DNA of 64,000 bases from Isurus oxyrinchus (Eukaryota): the NCBI GenBank assembly GCA_026770705.1, contig JANJGN010000026.1, forward strand, positions 33,294,001 to 33,358,000. The letters run 5' to 3'. Below, piece by piece: positions 35,843 to 48,585 of the stretch (position 1 is its first letter; each line of letters begins with the position of its first letter). Both the position numbers and the translations under genes were made by a program. The notes below the pieces were generated by a model. The model made no database searches and was not told where the DNA came from. It saw only the letters and a program-made list of their open reading frames with translations.

Positions 35843-36769
35843 TATATTATTGGTTTATTTTCAATGTCCGTTAGATCACTGCCGCCACCTGCTGACCAAC
35901 ACCCTCTACTACAGGCCCTGGAGTTTATCTAAAATGATTCAGAATTCTATACGTAACATTTGCTAGTGAATTTCACTCAGTGAAGTTTTTCAGCGCAAAC
36001 CACGAGAGACAAGAGATGAAAAGGATTTAAGACGCAAGTGCCAATATTACTGTTATGAATTTCGAGAAGTTTTCCGTGAGAAGGTGTGCAGTTACTGAGG
36101 AAGAGACTGGCAGTGAAGAAAGGAACAAAACCATTTCTGCCGGTGGAGTGGGTTGAACAGCTGCAGCTCAGTTTCTTCTGGCGGAGGCTCACTTGCGCCC
36201 ATTTTATAGCGCATTCCAAATATCTGCAACGAGCACAGGGCGTATCGAAATTTCAGTGATATTTTCAGTGCACAGTTGCAACACGGAGATGTTTGCGCCA
36301 TCTTTTTACTTATACTTTCATTACGCTAGACAGACGTTCATGTGATAGAATCAGAGGCATGGCGTAATAAAATATAAACAGGGCCAGGGCCCAATATAAT
36401 AAAAGTCCAGAGACAGCGTCTGATGCAATATAAACAAAGGTATGCATTTATGCAGCAACATCTGACACATGGCCAAATGTAATATAAATTATTATATTAT
36501 AATATAATGCATCGTATTATGAAATACTATAATATAATAATATTACATAATCAAATGTAGCTACGTAGGACAATCCGTTGTGACTCTATTCTATGCATGG
36601 GTAAGGCATCCAAAGTTTGTGGGCTTGAATCCCACCAGGGTCAAATTTTGAAGGGACGAATAGAGACAAACTCAGCTCTGATTCTGCAGCAGTGATAACT
36701 GCGACGGGGTTCTTGTGTAATGTCACGTGAAATAGATGCAAAGCTGGAATAAACTAGACAGGTTCTTCT

Positions 36770-37300
36770 GTTGAGGCTACAGCTGGAGTACTGTGTGCAG
36801 TTCTGGTCGCCACATTATAGGAATGATGTGATTGCACTGGAGGGAGTGCAGAGGAGATTCACCAGAATGTTGCCTGGGATGAAACATTTAAGTAATGAAG
36901 AGAGGTTGGATAGATTTGGGTTGTTTTCGTTGGAGCAGAGAAGATTGATGAGCGATCTCATCGAGGTGTACAAGATTATGAGGGTTAGCACCCCTTACTT
37001 GAAAGGTCAGTCATAAGGGGGGCATAAGTTCACGGTGAGGGGCAGGAGGTTTAAGGGGGATGTGAGGAAAGCTTTTTTGCCCAGAGGGTGGTGACGGTCT
37101 GGAATGCACTGCCTGGGAGGGGGGTGGAAGCGGGTTGCCTCACATCCTGAAAAAGTACCTGGATGAGCACTGGGCACGTCATAACATTTAAGGCTATGGG
37201 CCAACTGCTGGTAAATGGGAGCAGTTCGATAAGTCAGGTGTTTCTCAAGTGTCGGTGCAGACTCGATGGGCCAAAGGCCCTCTTCTGCACTGTGATTCTG
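36770..37300 (+). mobile_element. CR1-type LINE 3' end
   Basis: RLQLEYCVQFWSPHYRNDVIALEGVQRRFTRMLPGM...SDLIEVYKIM plus a 3' UTR ending GATGGGCCAAAGGCCCTCTTCTGCACTGTGATTCTGTGA. Confidence 0.88.
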
Positions 37301-37694
37301 TGAATATAAACAGATGTTTCATCAGTCCAGCAATATCAGAAACAGTGTCTCATATTGTATAAATGGAGAAAGAGCTTCGTGTTACATACACAGTGATAGA
37401 GAGCATATATATGGTTCTGAGCTAAGATATCCATTTGCTTGAGGAATCGAATGACCTCAACTATCAATAATCTATGAAAATTCAGTCACCTGAGCTTACA
37501 TTCATTAGACGCACAGTCACCTCCATTTGACCTTGCATGGCATGACCTATAGTCAATTCCCCACCAACAACATCCTGAACACCCGTGGCTACAGCAGCCC
37601 AACAGAGTTTGAACATTATGCGGATTCCCAATCGTAGCTGTTGCATGTGAAGCCCATAAGATACACTGCAGCAGCGCACAAAGCCTCTATTTTA

Positions 37695-38070
37695 TTAATT
37701 TATGGGATGTGGGCTTCGCTGGCAGGGGCAGCATTTATTGCCCACCACAAGTTGCCCTTTGGAACGTGGTGGTGAGCTTCCTTCTTCAACCACTGCAGTC
37801 TATGAGGTGTAGGTACACCCGCAGTGCTGTTAGGGAGTGCGAGGCTTTTGGCCCAGCAATAGTGGAGGAACAGCGATATATTTCCAAGTCAGGATGGTGA
37901 GTGACTTGGAGGAGAACTTCCAAGTAGTGATGTTCCTATCTCTCTGCTTCCCTTGTCCTTATAGGCTTTAGTGGTCGTGGGTTTGGAAGGTGCTGTCGCT
38001 GGAGCCTTGGTGAGTTCCTGCAGTGCACCTTTAGATGGTACACACTGCTGCCTCTGTGCATCGGTAGTAA
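37695..38070 (-). mobile_element. CR1-type LINE 3' tail
   Basis: Homologous to 32450-32800. Confidence 0.7.
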
Positions 38071-38917
38071 GTACCGCCCAAACCCATGATGTCAATCACT
38101 TAGAAGGGCAACTGAACATGGTAGAACCATCACATCCACTTTCCCCTCCAAGTCAAACATCATTCCAACTTAGTTATATCGCTGGTCTTTCATCGACCCT
38201 GGGTCTTAATTTTGTAAATCCTAGCTAACAGCATTGTGCAGACAACTTGCGCAGAGGGGCTGATGTGGTTCATGAAGGTTGCTCACCAGTGGGAAGTAGA
38301 AAACTGCATTAAATACCAGCCTTGATACTGATGTTCACATCATGAGTATAGAGGCGAAATAATACGAGGAACAGCGGATACAGAATCACAAATACCTGGC
38401 GTTATCTTTCTTGCTTTTGTTAGTTCTTTCTTTCATTTTTACTGTATATTTGAATTCTTTCCTTTTTCTTCTTTCTCTATTTCAGATTTTCTCTCCTCTC
38501 CTCCCTCTTCCACTTTGATTCATTAATTCTCTTTCTGCTTTTGGAATATGATGAGTTACCTTGCATCACAAGAGTATTACTTTTTTGAGCATGACGATAA
38601 GGCAGTGATGGAACGGCGAATTTTTAAACACAAACCCCGCCCAGCACGGTGTTCTACGCAACCCGGGTCTCTCCTCCTCCTCTATGAATGACATTGTGAG
38701 CGATGCCGTCAAATGCGGCAGGAGGACGAGACAGTTCTCCTGTTCAAACCCAGATAATTGATTCGTTACGTTTTGATAACAGCAGAATTGCACGAGACGC
38801 TTCCTCCTCTCTAGCTCTACATATATGCAAACCCGTTTTTCCACGGTACTCTAACAGATTACAACAACTAATAGAACTGCTCTTCCAAGGGGCTGTTATT
38901 GCATCATAATAGATCCC

Positions 38918-39367
38918 ATGTCGTACCGCTGTCCCGTTATATTCTGATTGGTGTTCGGCAAGTACGGCCAGGCCTGGTATCTGTTTACACTTTTGTGGTG
39001 CCATGAGGCGTTCTAACACAGTTAGAGTTATAGTTGCCCCTCAGTTCTGTTTTATTTCAAGGGAGATCCGGGCAGATTCGGTATAACAAGCTCAGATAAC
39101 ACTCTACGTGGCTGAATGAGATGGTGTGATAAAAGATTGTAGGTAATAGACACAACAAACCTCCGTGACCCCGATCTGTAGTGGCACTGACAGCGCACAA
39201 AGGCTCCCCGTTTTATTTTTCATCGGGATAACAACAGGAAAATTGACATGGATTTTGCCAAGAGAAGATTCGAGGCCAAGCAGACTAATTCAGAAAAAAA
39301 AGTTTCCTTTATCGATCACTGGAGAGGAAATCTAGGACACCGCCGCATCTTTCTGTGTGCTGAGGAT
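38918..39367 (+). pseudogene. TCR V pseudogene (V9), paralog of V7 in the opposite orientation
   Basis: Leader MSYRCPVIF*LVF/GCAAGT and mutated acceptor TTTCAA at 39060. Exon EIRADSV*QAQITLYVAE*DG...MDFAKRRFEAKQTNSEKK with frameshifts. Heptamer CACAATT at 39368, and spacer TTTCAAACTCATCTGTCGCTG shared with V7. Confidence 0.85.
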
Positions 39368-40339
39368 CACAATTATTTCAAACTCATCTGTCGCTGCAAA
39401 AACTTCAGCGATATAGAACTGCCATACGCTTTCTCTCCAGGTCAAACGAACATGACCTACTCTGTTAGTGCCATCCGCTGCTCAGTCGGTCTGACTCCTG
39501 CATCTGAATTATAAGCTTATAAATTCAATTCTCACTCCAGAGAGCTCAGTCCACAATCCAGGCTGATTCTTGGGTGCCAGAGGAGACGTTGAACCGCGGG
39601 TCCGGCGACTCTCTTAGATAAAATGATTCCAGGCCTCCATTTGGTAGAATGATAGAGGATTTCTCTCAAGTTTCCTGGACCTATTCTAATGTCTAAACCG
39701 ACATCACTAAAAGAGCTTACCACGTTGCCTTTTTGTGGGAGCTTGTTGTGTATATATTAGTTACCGCATTTCCTACATTTCAACAGCGGCTGCCCTGCGA
39801 ATTGCTGCATTAACGTTTTAAGGTGTGTAGGGAAGGCTGGATTTGCTCACTGCCATTGTTCGTATGTGTAACATATTAAATATTGCAATTCCTGGAACTG
39901 TCTCAACTTCTAGAATCACTTCGATGATGTTAGTTACTTGACTGGGTCTCACACCTGCACAATGGTGCGCTGTGCCTTCAAAGGAGCTGAGACGATTTGC
40001 AACAATCTGCAAAAAATATTTGAGCAGAGACCCGAAACAACTCTTTATATCTGAGCGATCAATGTCAGGGTGAACACACAGCAGCTTACCGCTGATTTCA
40101 ACGAGCTTCATTAACTTTCATCTGGCTTTCTCCTCCATGTTTTGTTTACACACATCCTCCAAATCAAGATTTTGGATAACTCAGTGTTATTTGGGAAAGT
40201 CAGATGGGAAACTCAGGATGGCAGCTATTTTCAGTAACATGTTAAAAATATAATCCACTATATTAGTCGAAATTCTATTCTCTTGCTCTTTGTAATCTGA
40301 AGCAACGGTTTACTTCCAATGGCTTGTTAAAGTCAAAGG

Positions 40340-41435
40340 TTAACTTCAGTTACCTGGATGGCTGGCGGACAGCAGAGAGCGTGGATAAATGGCTCTTCTT
40401 CAGTTTAGCAGGATGTAATGAGAGGAGTCTGTATGGGGCCTCATTTTTTTTAACGATTTACATCAATGATTTGGATGAGGTGAGTGAAGTCAAGCTAGCT
40501 AATTTTGCAGATGACACAGAGATAGGTAGGAAAGTATGCTGCGAAGAGGGCATGAGGAGGTTGCAGGTGGATATGGATAGGTTGAGTGAGTGGGCAAAGA
40601 CCTGATAAATTGAGTGTAATGTGGGAAAATATGAAGGTGTTCACTTTGGCAGGGAGAAGAAAAAAGCAAAGTATTACTTAAATGGATAATGACTGCATAA
40701 TTCTGAGGTGCAGATGGATCCATGTGTTCTAGCTCATGAGTCACAAAAAGTGATTTTGCGGACACTGGAAATAAGTAAGAAGGCTAATGGAATGCTATGC
40801 TTTATTACGAGAGGGATTGAATATAAAAGTACGAATGATATGCTTCAGTTATACAGGACATTATTGAGACGGCACCTCGAATACTGTGTGCTGTTCTGTT
40901 CTACTTTTTTAGGGAAGGTTGTAAATGCATTACAGGTGGTTGAAAGGAGATTTACTAGATTGATGTCTGGAATGAGTGGGTTGTCTTATGAGGAAAGGTT
41001 GGACAGACTGGGTTTGTTTCCACTGGAGGTTACAAGAGTGAGGGGTGATTTCGTTGACGTATACAAAATCCTGAACGGCCGTGACAAGGTGGATGTCAAA
41101 AGAATGTTTCCTCTTGTGGGTGAGCCCAGAACTAGGGGGCACTGTTTTAAAATAAGTGTTCACCCTTTGAGAACAGAGATGAGGAGAATTTTCTTCTCTC
41201 AGAGGGTTGTGCGTCCTTGGAACTCTGCCTCAGAAGGCAGTGGAGGCGGGGTCATTGAATAGTTTTAAGCAGAGGTAGACAGATTCTTGTTAGGCAAGGG
41301 AATCACAGTTATTTGGGTTAGATAGGAATGTGGAAATCAAAACACAAGAAGATCAGCCACGATCTTATTGAATGGCGGAGCAGGCTCGAGGGGCCGAATG
41401 GTCCACTCCTGTTCCCAGTACTATGTTCTTATGTA
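40340..41435 (+). mobile_element. 5'-truncated CR1 LINE (RT domain to 3' UTR)
   Basis: FLTIYINDLDE...FADDT RT motif, KKANGMLCFITRGIEYKS...HLEYCVLFCS, and tail TTGAATGGCGGAGCAGGCTCGAGGGGCCGAATGG...TATGTTCTTATG. Confidence 0.92.
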
Positions 41436-41946
41436 ATCAGTTCTTATACCTTTGAAAGCCTTTTTTGTGCTCGCTGTGTGAGGGTCGGAGAGGATGTGTT
41501 GTTAAGCGCCAACAATGATTTCAACCAGTTCACTTGGATATCTCTTAACATATTTCGGGAACATTAAAGCATCAAAAAAGTTTTTAAAAAATACACAGAC
41601 TAATCTGACACCAAAAAGCACGAAATAATGGGGCACGTGACAATGATTGGAAGAGACGGTCTTTGCTTCGGGATCGGGTAACAAGCTCAGTGTCTGCCAT
41701 CGTCGGCTGCTCTTGAGGAAGACCCAAAGACACGGTTGTGGGGAAGGGGAACCACATAATTTTCAGCAAACAGTTAGCCCAGATGAACAAATGGAAGAGA
41801 GAAACAGTGAGTCAATCTGTTTGTTCACTGACCTGTAACTAAGGTGCAGATTGTAATTTCATTGTCCCTCTGGAGACTGTCATTTAGAATAAATGAGGGA
41901 TGCTTTGATACACAGCTTCGGTAATTCCTTGAGTTTCTGAGAGACG

Positions 41947-44433
41947 ATGCACGGGCCAGCAAAAGGCCTCTTCTTCGCTATTTGCTATCCCATTCTCGCT
42001 GTTATTGGTGCGCCTGGTAAGTGATGAATCCCGAATAAATGTTTGTGTTGATGTAAATCTCCAGATGTTTAGTCTCTTCTCTTCAGAGTCTGCATTTAAG
42101 GGAGTTTAATCGAATTATATCGGTGCTCTGTATGATATTATACTGTGTTATGTTGGATTATAGCTCTACTTTCGCTTGCATTATGGGGCATTGCAAAATA
42201 TTATTCAATTTATTATGCTGCATATTTAGAGAAATGCTTTTTATTAGAATGCTGACATATGAATTGTAATGTTTGCCTTTGCATAGACATTAACCTGTTA
42301 TATTGTTGAACATCGTGTTTTATTCTAATCCAGTCAAATGCAATCTAGCATTTTGAGTATTGAGCGAGATCATTGCATATCATCATGTACTGACCTGCAT
42401 TTTCGTGCGCTGGTCCTATCAATATATCAGAAAATTAATTGTTACAGTGCAATTATTCAATTAAATGAATTGTAATATAAAATACTTTCAGTGATAATAC
42501 ACATATACAATGCAACCTCTAGAACTATGTAAAATTTACAGTATGATTTCCCACTGGGCAGTCCTAATTGTTAATCTGGCTTTGGGATTTAATTATGGAA
42601 TCGTTTGAAAAAGGGGAGTGAGGTCTCAAGATTTTTAATGTGCTTTGCTTTGTGCTGGTAGGTCTTATAAATTTTGGATAGTTATATTTTTAATCAGCAG
42701 CGGGATGTGGGTGTCCGTGACAAGATCAACATTTATTGCTCTTCACTAGTTTCCACTTCAGAAAGTGGGGTTGCATTTGTTTCTTCAGCCGATCCTGTAT
42801 GTATGGCACGGATGCTTCACAGGAACTTCACCTGATTAATTTCATACTGAACGGCGCAAGGGGATATTTGACCAAAGGGTACTCACAGAGTTTACTTCTA
42901 AGGAACGTTCTAAAGAGGAAAGAAGAGCTGGAGCCGTAGAGGGAGGGGTTTTCAGAGATCAGAGCATCGGCAGCTAAACGCTGAACCTCTACAAATGAAA
43001 AGATTAATGCCAGGGGCACGAAACTGCAGAATTGGAAGCATATGATGGATCTCAGACAGTTGCAGTGTGTTACAGGAATTGAAGAAGGCGAGATAACAGA
43101 AGAAATTAAAAATAGACGGACGAGGTTATTAAAACAGAGACGTTGCCATTCAGGGGGGCATTGGGCTGATGGATGGGCAGAACTTTTGCCGTTTTATGCC
43201 AATAAGGGCAGCGGTAGCATATGTTTCAGATAATCTTAAATTGGATAGTTAGGCCTGAAGATTGCCTCAGTGTACAGAGAGTGAAGTTTGGAGTGAGAAT
43301 GAGAGGATTGCCTCATGTTTTGACTAATAATTAATCCAGCATTGGATGCCAGACAATTACCAAAGACTTGACAATAGTCGCAGCCTGGAGGTGGCAAAAT
43401 GACGGGTAAGGAGGGTTTAAGTAACAGATTCGATGAGGCAGTATCTCATGTTTGGAATCCGCTTGGTAACATCTCTACCCCTTTATCCCTCACAGCCAAC
43501 TTGCTAGCGATCGTAATTCTATCTCGAGGGTGCTGCGGGCTCTCCCGCTGCACCACCTACTACCTGGTGGCAATCGCGGTGAGCGATTTCCTGGTCATCA
43601 TCACCGCCGGCATCCTCAACCGGATCGGCCGCATCTACTTTCAGGACAGTGTCCTCTCCACCACTCCCGCATGCGCACTCAGCAATGTGCTGGTCTTTAC
43701 CATCCGGGATGTGTCAGTCTGGCTGACGGTCGCCTTCACCATTGACCGTTTTGTGGCCATCTGCTGTCAGAGCCTGAAGAGCAGATATTGCACTGAGAAA
43801 ACTGCGTTGCTGGTTATAGGACTGGTCAGCGCCCTGAGCTGCGTGAGGAATGCCCCTTTCTACTTCAGCTACCAGCCTTTGTACATCCTGGACGGAGTGT
43901 CCTGTTTCTGTGCCATTAAGCCTGCCTTTTATATTCTTACCGCCTGGCACGCCTTCGATTGGCTGGACCACATCTTAACCCCCTTTCTCCCATTCCTCCT
44001 CATTCTGCTTCTCAATGCCCTGATCGTAAGGCACATTCTAATGGCCAGCAGAGCCCGCAGGAGGCTCCGGGGCACCGAGAGTCACGGAGACCAGGAAATC
44101 ATCAATCGCAAGCGGTCCATTGTCCTGCTTTTTGCCATCTCGCTCAGCTTCCTCCTCCTGTGGGCCATCTTTGTTGGACATTTCCTCTATGTCCGGATTA
44201 CAGGCGAGGGTTATCTCACCAGCCTGAATTTCAATGATCCAGATTACATCCTTCAGGAGACCACCAACATGTTCCAGTTGTTCAGTTCCTGCAACAATGT
44301 CTTCATCTATGCCGTGACCCAGAACAAGTTCCGAGAACAGCTGAAGAAAGTGATGATGTGTCCCTTCACCACGGTCACTGTTTGCTTTAAATGGTTAAAA
44401 CACCTTTGCGTTAATTCACTTCCATCAGAGTAG
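41947..44433 (+). CDS. Class A GPCR, GPR139/GPR142-like, two exons (41947-42016, 43496-44433), 335 aa, intact
   Basis: Exon 1 MHGPAKGLFFAICYPILAVIGAP-G/GTAAGT splices in phase to CACAG/CC-NLLAIVILSRGCCGLSRCTTYYLVAIAVSD. Seven hydrophobic helices, SVWLTVAFTIDRFVAIC and SCNNVFIYAVTQNKFR. The ORF-track start at 43399 is intronic. Confidence 0.9.
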
Positions 44434-45069
44434 TTCAGTGTGTCGCTCTGTCCAGCATAAAAAAGTCCTAGGGTCTGTCTCTCGGACTTGAGAGATGTAA
44501 GGCCCGTATTCCATTGGCGACAGTCCCCCTGTCTGAAGGGATTTTGAAATATCACAGTTGCTGCCTGCCTAGATGAGATACAAAGGCTGATTCTTCCTTT
44601 CTCTTTCTTTCTTTCCTTCTTTCTTCCTTTCTCAGTCATTCCACTAAGTCTCTAACCCCTCGAAGTTTACACCGAATGCAGAAAGGAAAGCATTTGAACA
44701 AATGGGAAATTCTTCCTTTCTCAGTGAATCGTGATCTGAAATTTGTTGCCTGAAAGGGAGCTGGGCGCACAGTGGATTAAAATTTTCAAATGTTCATTAA
44801 TAAATACTGGAACAGGACGACATTTAGAAAAGAGCAAGGGAAACTAAGTAACTTGATGGATCTATCAGAAACCCGGAATACACATCGTGGCCTACTGACC
44901 TCCTCCAAAACTCTATTGTTACACAACACTGCAGTGGTATTTCACACTGGATGAAGACCCTTATAAGAAATGCTGCAGCTAATTGCTCAGCGTCAGATCC
45001 CCAATCTCATTCAGAACATTGAAGGCCACCTATCTGCTCATCGGTTGGTGAGAGAGTTTGGGTGGGAGC

Positions 45070-45245
45070 AAAATAAAGCAAATGCTGGAAATCAGAAATA
45101 AAAACAGAAAAGGTTGGAAAACTCAACAGGCCTGACAGTGTCTGTGGAAGAGTCATGAGGACATGAAACGTTAACTTTGTTCCTCTTTCCACAGATGCTG
45201 CCAGGCATATTGAGTTTTTCCTGTATTTTCCATTTTTATTTCAGA
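45070..45245. mobile_element. Penelope-like terminal-repeat pieces in inverted (fold-back) arrangement
   Basis: GAAATAAAAACAGAAAA..GGAAAACTCAACAGGCCTGACAGTGTCTGTGGA is reverse-complementary to TCCACAGATGCTGCCAGGCATATTGAGTTTTTCCTGTATTTTCCATTTTTATTTC. Confidence 0.7.
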
Positions 45246-45722
45246 GTGTAGATGGATGCGGGAGGTTCAAAACACAGCAAAACAATGACATACCCTCTTA
45301 TAATATTAACAGCGACAGTGGATGATCTAATGAAATGAAAACAAAACAGGTGTCTGCTGTCACATGAACAGAGTCGAAATATGTCATGATGTAATCACAA
45401 CATATGAACTAATCTCCTGAAGAGAACCGGTTTAATTTAATAGAGACATGTTCTCATAAATTCATACCAGAGAAAGGAACTAATCTAATGTAAACGTGTA
45501 TCTGTTTTACTTCATCAATAACTGAGCCAGAAATTCACGTTATATAAAAAGAGAAACTCTGAAGTGTAATCAAAGTTTAAGCAGGATCGCCTGTTAGTTA
45601 AGCAATGGCATGTCCTTGCACAATGTTAAATGAGACCTGGTGTGTGTAAGATAACCAGTGACTTGCATTTGCAAACGGAATGATGTGTTTTGTACACACA
45701 TGCGCTTTAGATAGTGTATATG

Positions 45723-47100
45723 TGTTGTGGTCACTTTGACAAATGGACCACAGGAGTCTCAGGTGCAGGTCACGATCGTTTATTCGAGCAATTGCAAGGA
45801 GAGAACCATCTCGATACAGCTTGAGATAGCACTCTGCTAATTTACAAGTGTTCAACATATTAATACATTATTGGTCACAAACAAGAACAGTTTCCAGATT
45901 CCGATCTCGTCAACATGTAGGTTTACATTAAACATAAATCTCTGGTAACAGGTACATGCATTGCATGTCCCTATTTTCACCCAGGCAGAGACTTTCCCTC
46001 CCATCTAAACTGGGACCATCTGTCCTTCCCCTATCTGTTGAAGAGCACACATAAACTTCGTTGTTTTCCAACCTAAGTCTCCGGTCTAACTCCCAGGACC
46101 TTGCTAGCAATGCTCCACCCTGTTGCTGTAGTTTATAATATGTTTTGTATATCTGCTGAGCCTGTCTCCGAATTTTGGTTAGGTGCTCGGGTAAAGTGAG
46201 AGTTTCATGGGACAACTGGTTGAAATACTGTGCCACGTTATCCTTACGGCTTTCCTTGACCTGAATAGTAGTCGTTCTTCTCTTGTACATTTCAACCAGT
46301 TCCACTTACCCTACCCTTGCTGGAGCCGGTGAGTGTTGGCACACTGAATGATTATGTATGGTCACATCGGTTGTTCCCGTATTGGATCTTCTGCTGCCAC
46401 GTGGTAATACAATCTCTCCCATTCCCCATGTATGCAACATGGGTCGGTTCTTTTGCAGCCCATATTGCTTCCATTGTACAATGTTGTTGCTGCTTTAAAT
46501 CAGCACTTAGCTTCACCTGTCTCTTTTATTGGGTGTGCATACCACTGCGTTGATCTCTATCCTGCACTCTTCTAACGTGGTCCTAACTATATTCCTTTCT
46601 ATGTATACTGCATATGGTGGAATGTCATGATTCCTAATGAAGTAATTCTCCCATATAACGCCAATAATTTCTACTCTATGTCCTGCCGAGTGTTGAAATA
46701 GGAATGCCAGGTATTACTAATACAATACCTATTAGCATATTACTATTCACTATACATTCAACATTCATTCTATATACGCATTTTAAGCCTCTGAGCAGGC
46801 AATGGTCAAGTCAAGACCCTTGCATCGTGAAAGGTTAAATAAATGCTCATTAGTTACCCATAAAGGATCTACCCCTTCATTAATCTGTCTTAAATTCCTT
46901 CACGCTTGTTCCAGTGCCCAGGATCTATAAGTGCTGCAAACATCACTTCTGCCTGCTTCGTCCGATATATTTTTCCCCATTTCAGTTAGTTTGTTGATAG
47001 TCCCCGCATGACTTTCGAGCATGGTAGCCAGACTTCGGATTAATCGTGTCATGCCCTGGCCTGTATTTAATTGGGTGTTATGAATTATGATAGCCGTCAG
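45723..47100 (-). mobile_element. Decayed endogenous retrovirus remnant: env ectodomain fragment (about 47100-46070) plus probable 3' LTR (about 46050-45723)
   Basis: Frameshifted minus-strand translation: GQGMTRLIRSLATMLESHAGTINKL...VCSTYRSWALEQA*RNLRQINEGVDPLWVTNEHL / MLIGIVLVIP / HRVEIIGVIWENYFIRNHDIPPYAVYIERNIVRTTLEECRIEINAVVC / HCTMEAIWAAKEPTHVAYMGNGRDCITT / heptad-like IRRQAQQIYKTYYKLQQQ. AATAAA lies about 60 bp before a terminal CACAACA. Confidence 0.65.
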
Positions 47101-47382
47101 GTGTTCAATGCAATTAATGATCTAAAGTAAAATAGCAAAACGTGCCATTTCTATTTGCCTCATGCAAAAAAAAACTAAAATGTAAAATCGACGAGAAGCA
47201 AAAGCAACTTACAAATAAGTATTAATTGAAACGAGTAAAGGAGGAGAAAGAAATCAGTGTTGAGTGCAAGAAGTGAGGAATAAGTTGTTGATGCTGTTCA
47301 AACGGACTTCAGAAGTGAAAGCGAAACAAGGAACAAGGCCAGACTGAGACATCCCGGGTGGCATAGACAAGCACGGTGCTGA

Positions 47383-47423
47383 CAGCTGTCTGACACCACG
47401 GTCTATTAGTGTGCACAGAGTCT
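47383..47423 (+). pseudogene. Orphan 3' stub of the V1 duplicate with retained 23-RSS (47424-47462)
   Basis: QLSDTTVY*CAQS, CACAGCG, 23 bp, ACAACAACT. The upstream V sequence is absent. Confidence 0.85.
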
Positions 47424-48585
47424 CACAGCGATGGAACCAAGCCGAACCCTCGTACAACAACTGCTGCAGCTTTCTGGGTCGCAGTTGCTATCTGCTGAGG
47501 GCTGTTTATAACAACGGGTCAGACACTGGCACGTGAATCCATTCTGTGCCCGCAGACCCCGAGCACAATCCACATAAACACCATCTAAAATCACTCACAT
47601 CGAATATTGATTCAGTCTGATTAGTGTATTCATTGTGTGAGGTCAAAATTGGCTTTTGTTTGATTGGGCTCTCTGGAAACGCGCAACTCCCATTGAGAAT
47701 ACAAACCCCTGTAGGCCGCCTGTAATCAGGTTTTTCCCTGTACCGCTGTTATGGAAAGAACCCAGGGAAAAAGAACAAATAATGTTTGTTTTGAAATATC
47801 AGTCTATAGTGGGTCTTTGGTCACGTGTTGGTCAGACAAGACAAGGATGCCAAATTTCCTTCCCAAAAGGCATTGGTGAACTAGGTATTCGGTGTCAATC
47901 GATGTCATCACTTCATTATCACCATTACCGAGATTAGTTTTATACTCTAGATTTATTAATTGAATTTAAGTTCCATCAGCTGTCGTGGTGTGATTTGAAC
48001 CCGTCTTCCCCAAAGTGTTGGCCTGGATCCTGGATTACTAGTCCCGTGATATTGCCAACACTCCAACATCTCCTCACATTTAGCATCAATTCCTGTCAGT
48101 AACATCAAAAACAATACAGACAACGACTACTCAGGTCCAAATTCGATTCCTGTGAGAGATTGTCTGACATTGGCCCTTTAATATGAAAACCAAGAAGCCC
48201 TAGATCCTATCAATGACCACATTCCACTTATCAATGGCCCCATTCTAAACAGGTCCGAACACACTTCGCCAGTAGAGGGCGTTCAGGGCATCACCAAGTC
48301 TCGTGAAAAGAACACCAAAGCCAATAGGGATGGTTTCTTGAGTGATGTTGCAATGGCCCCAGCCCTCTGCAGTGTGCACGTGGAACAATGAACTGAACAG
48401 AGCCCGGGTTCCTTCTCCACTTCTCAATCTCTGGATCGTTGAATTCACATTCACTGAGAAAGATTCAGTCAGACATATTTCTGATAATACTGACAGCTGT
48501 CTTGGACTGTCAATGCTGGATTATGTTCATCATTAAAATAAACAAATTAACACATCGATCCAATTGCAGCTTGTACAGGTATTCA

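Noticed and set aside
41660-41705. J-like string (FG)SGNKLSV
   Set aside because: Needs a frameshift to give FGxG, has no recognisable RSS and has a poor splice donor. Likely chance.
43399-43495. N-terminus of the 344-aa GPCR ORF
   Set aside because: It lacks the first half of TM1. A canonical upstream exon (41947-42016) supplies it in phase.
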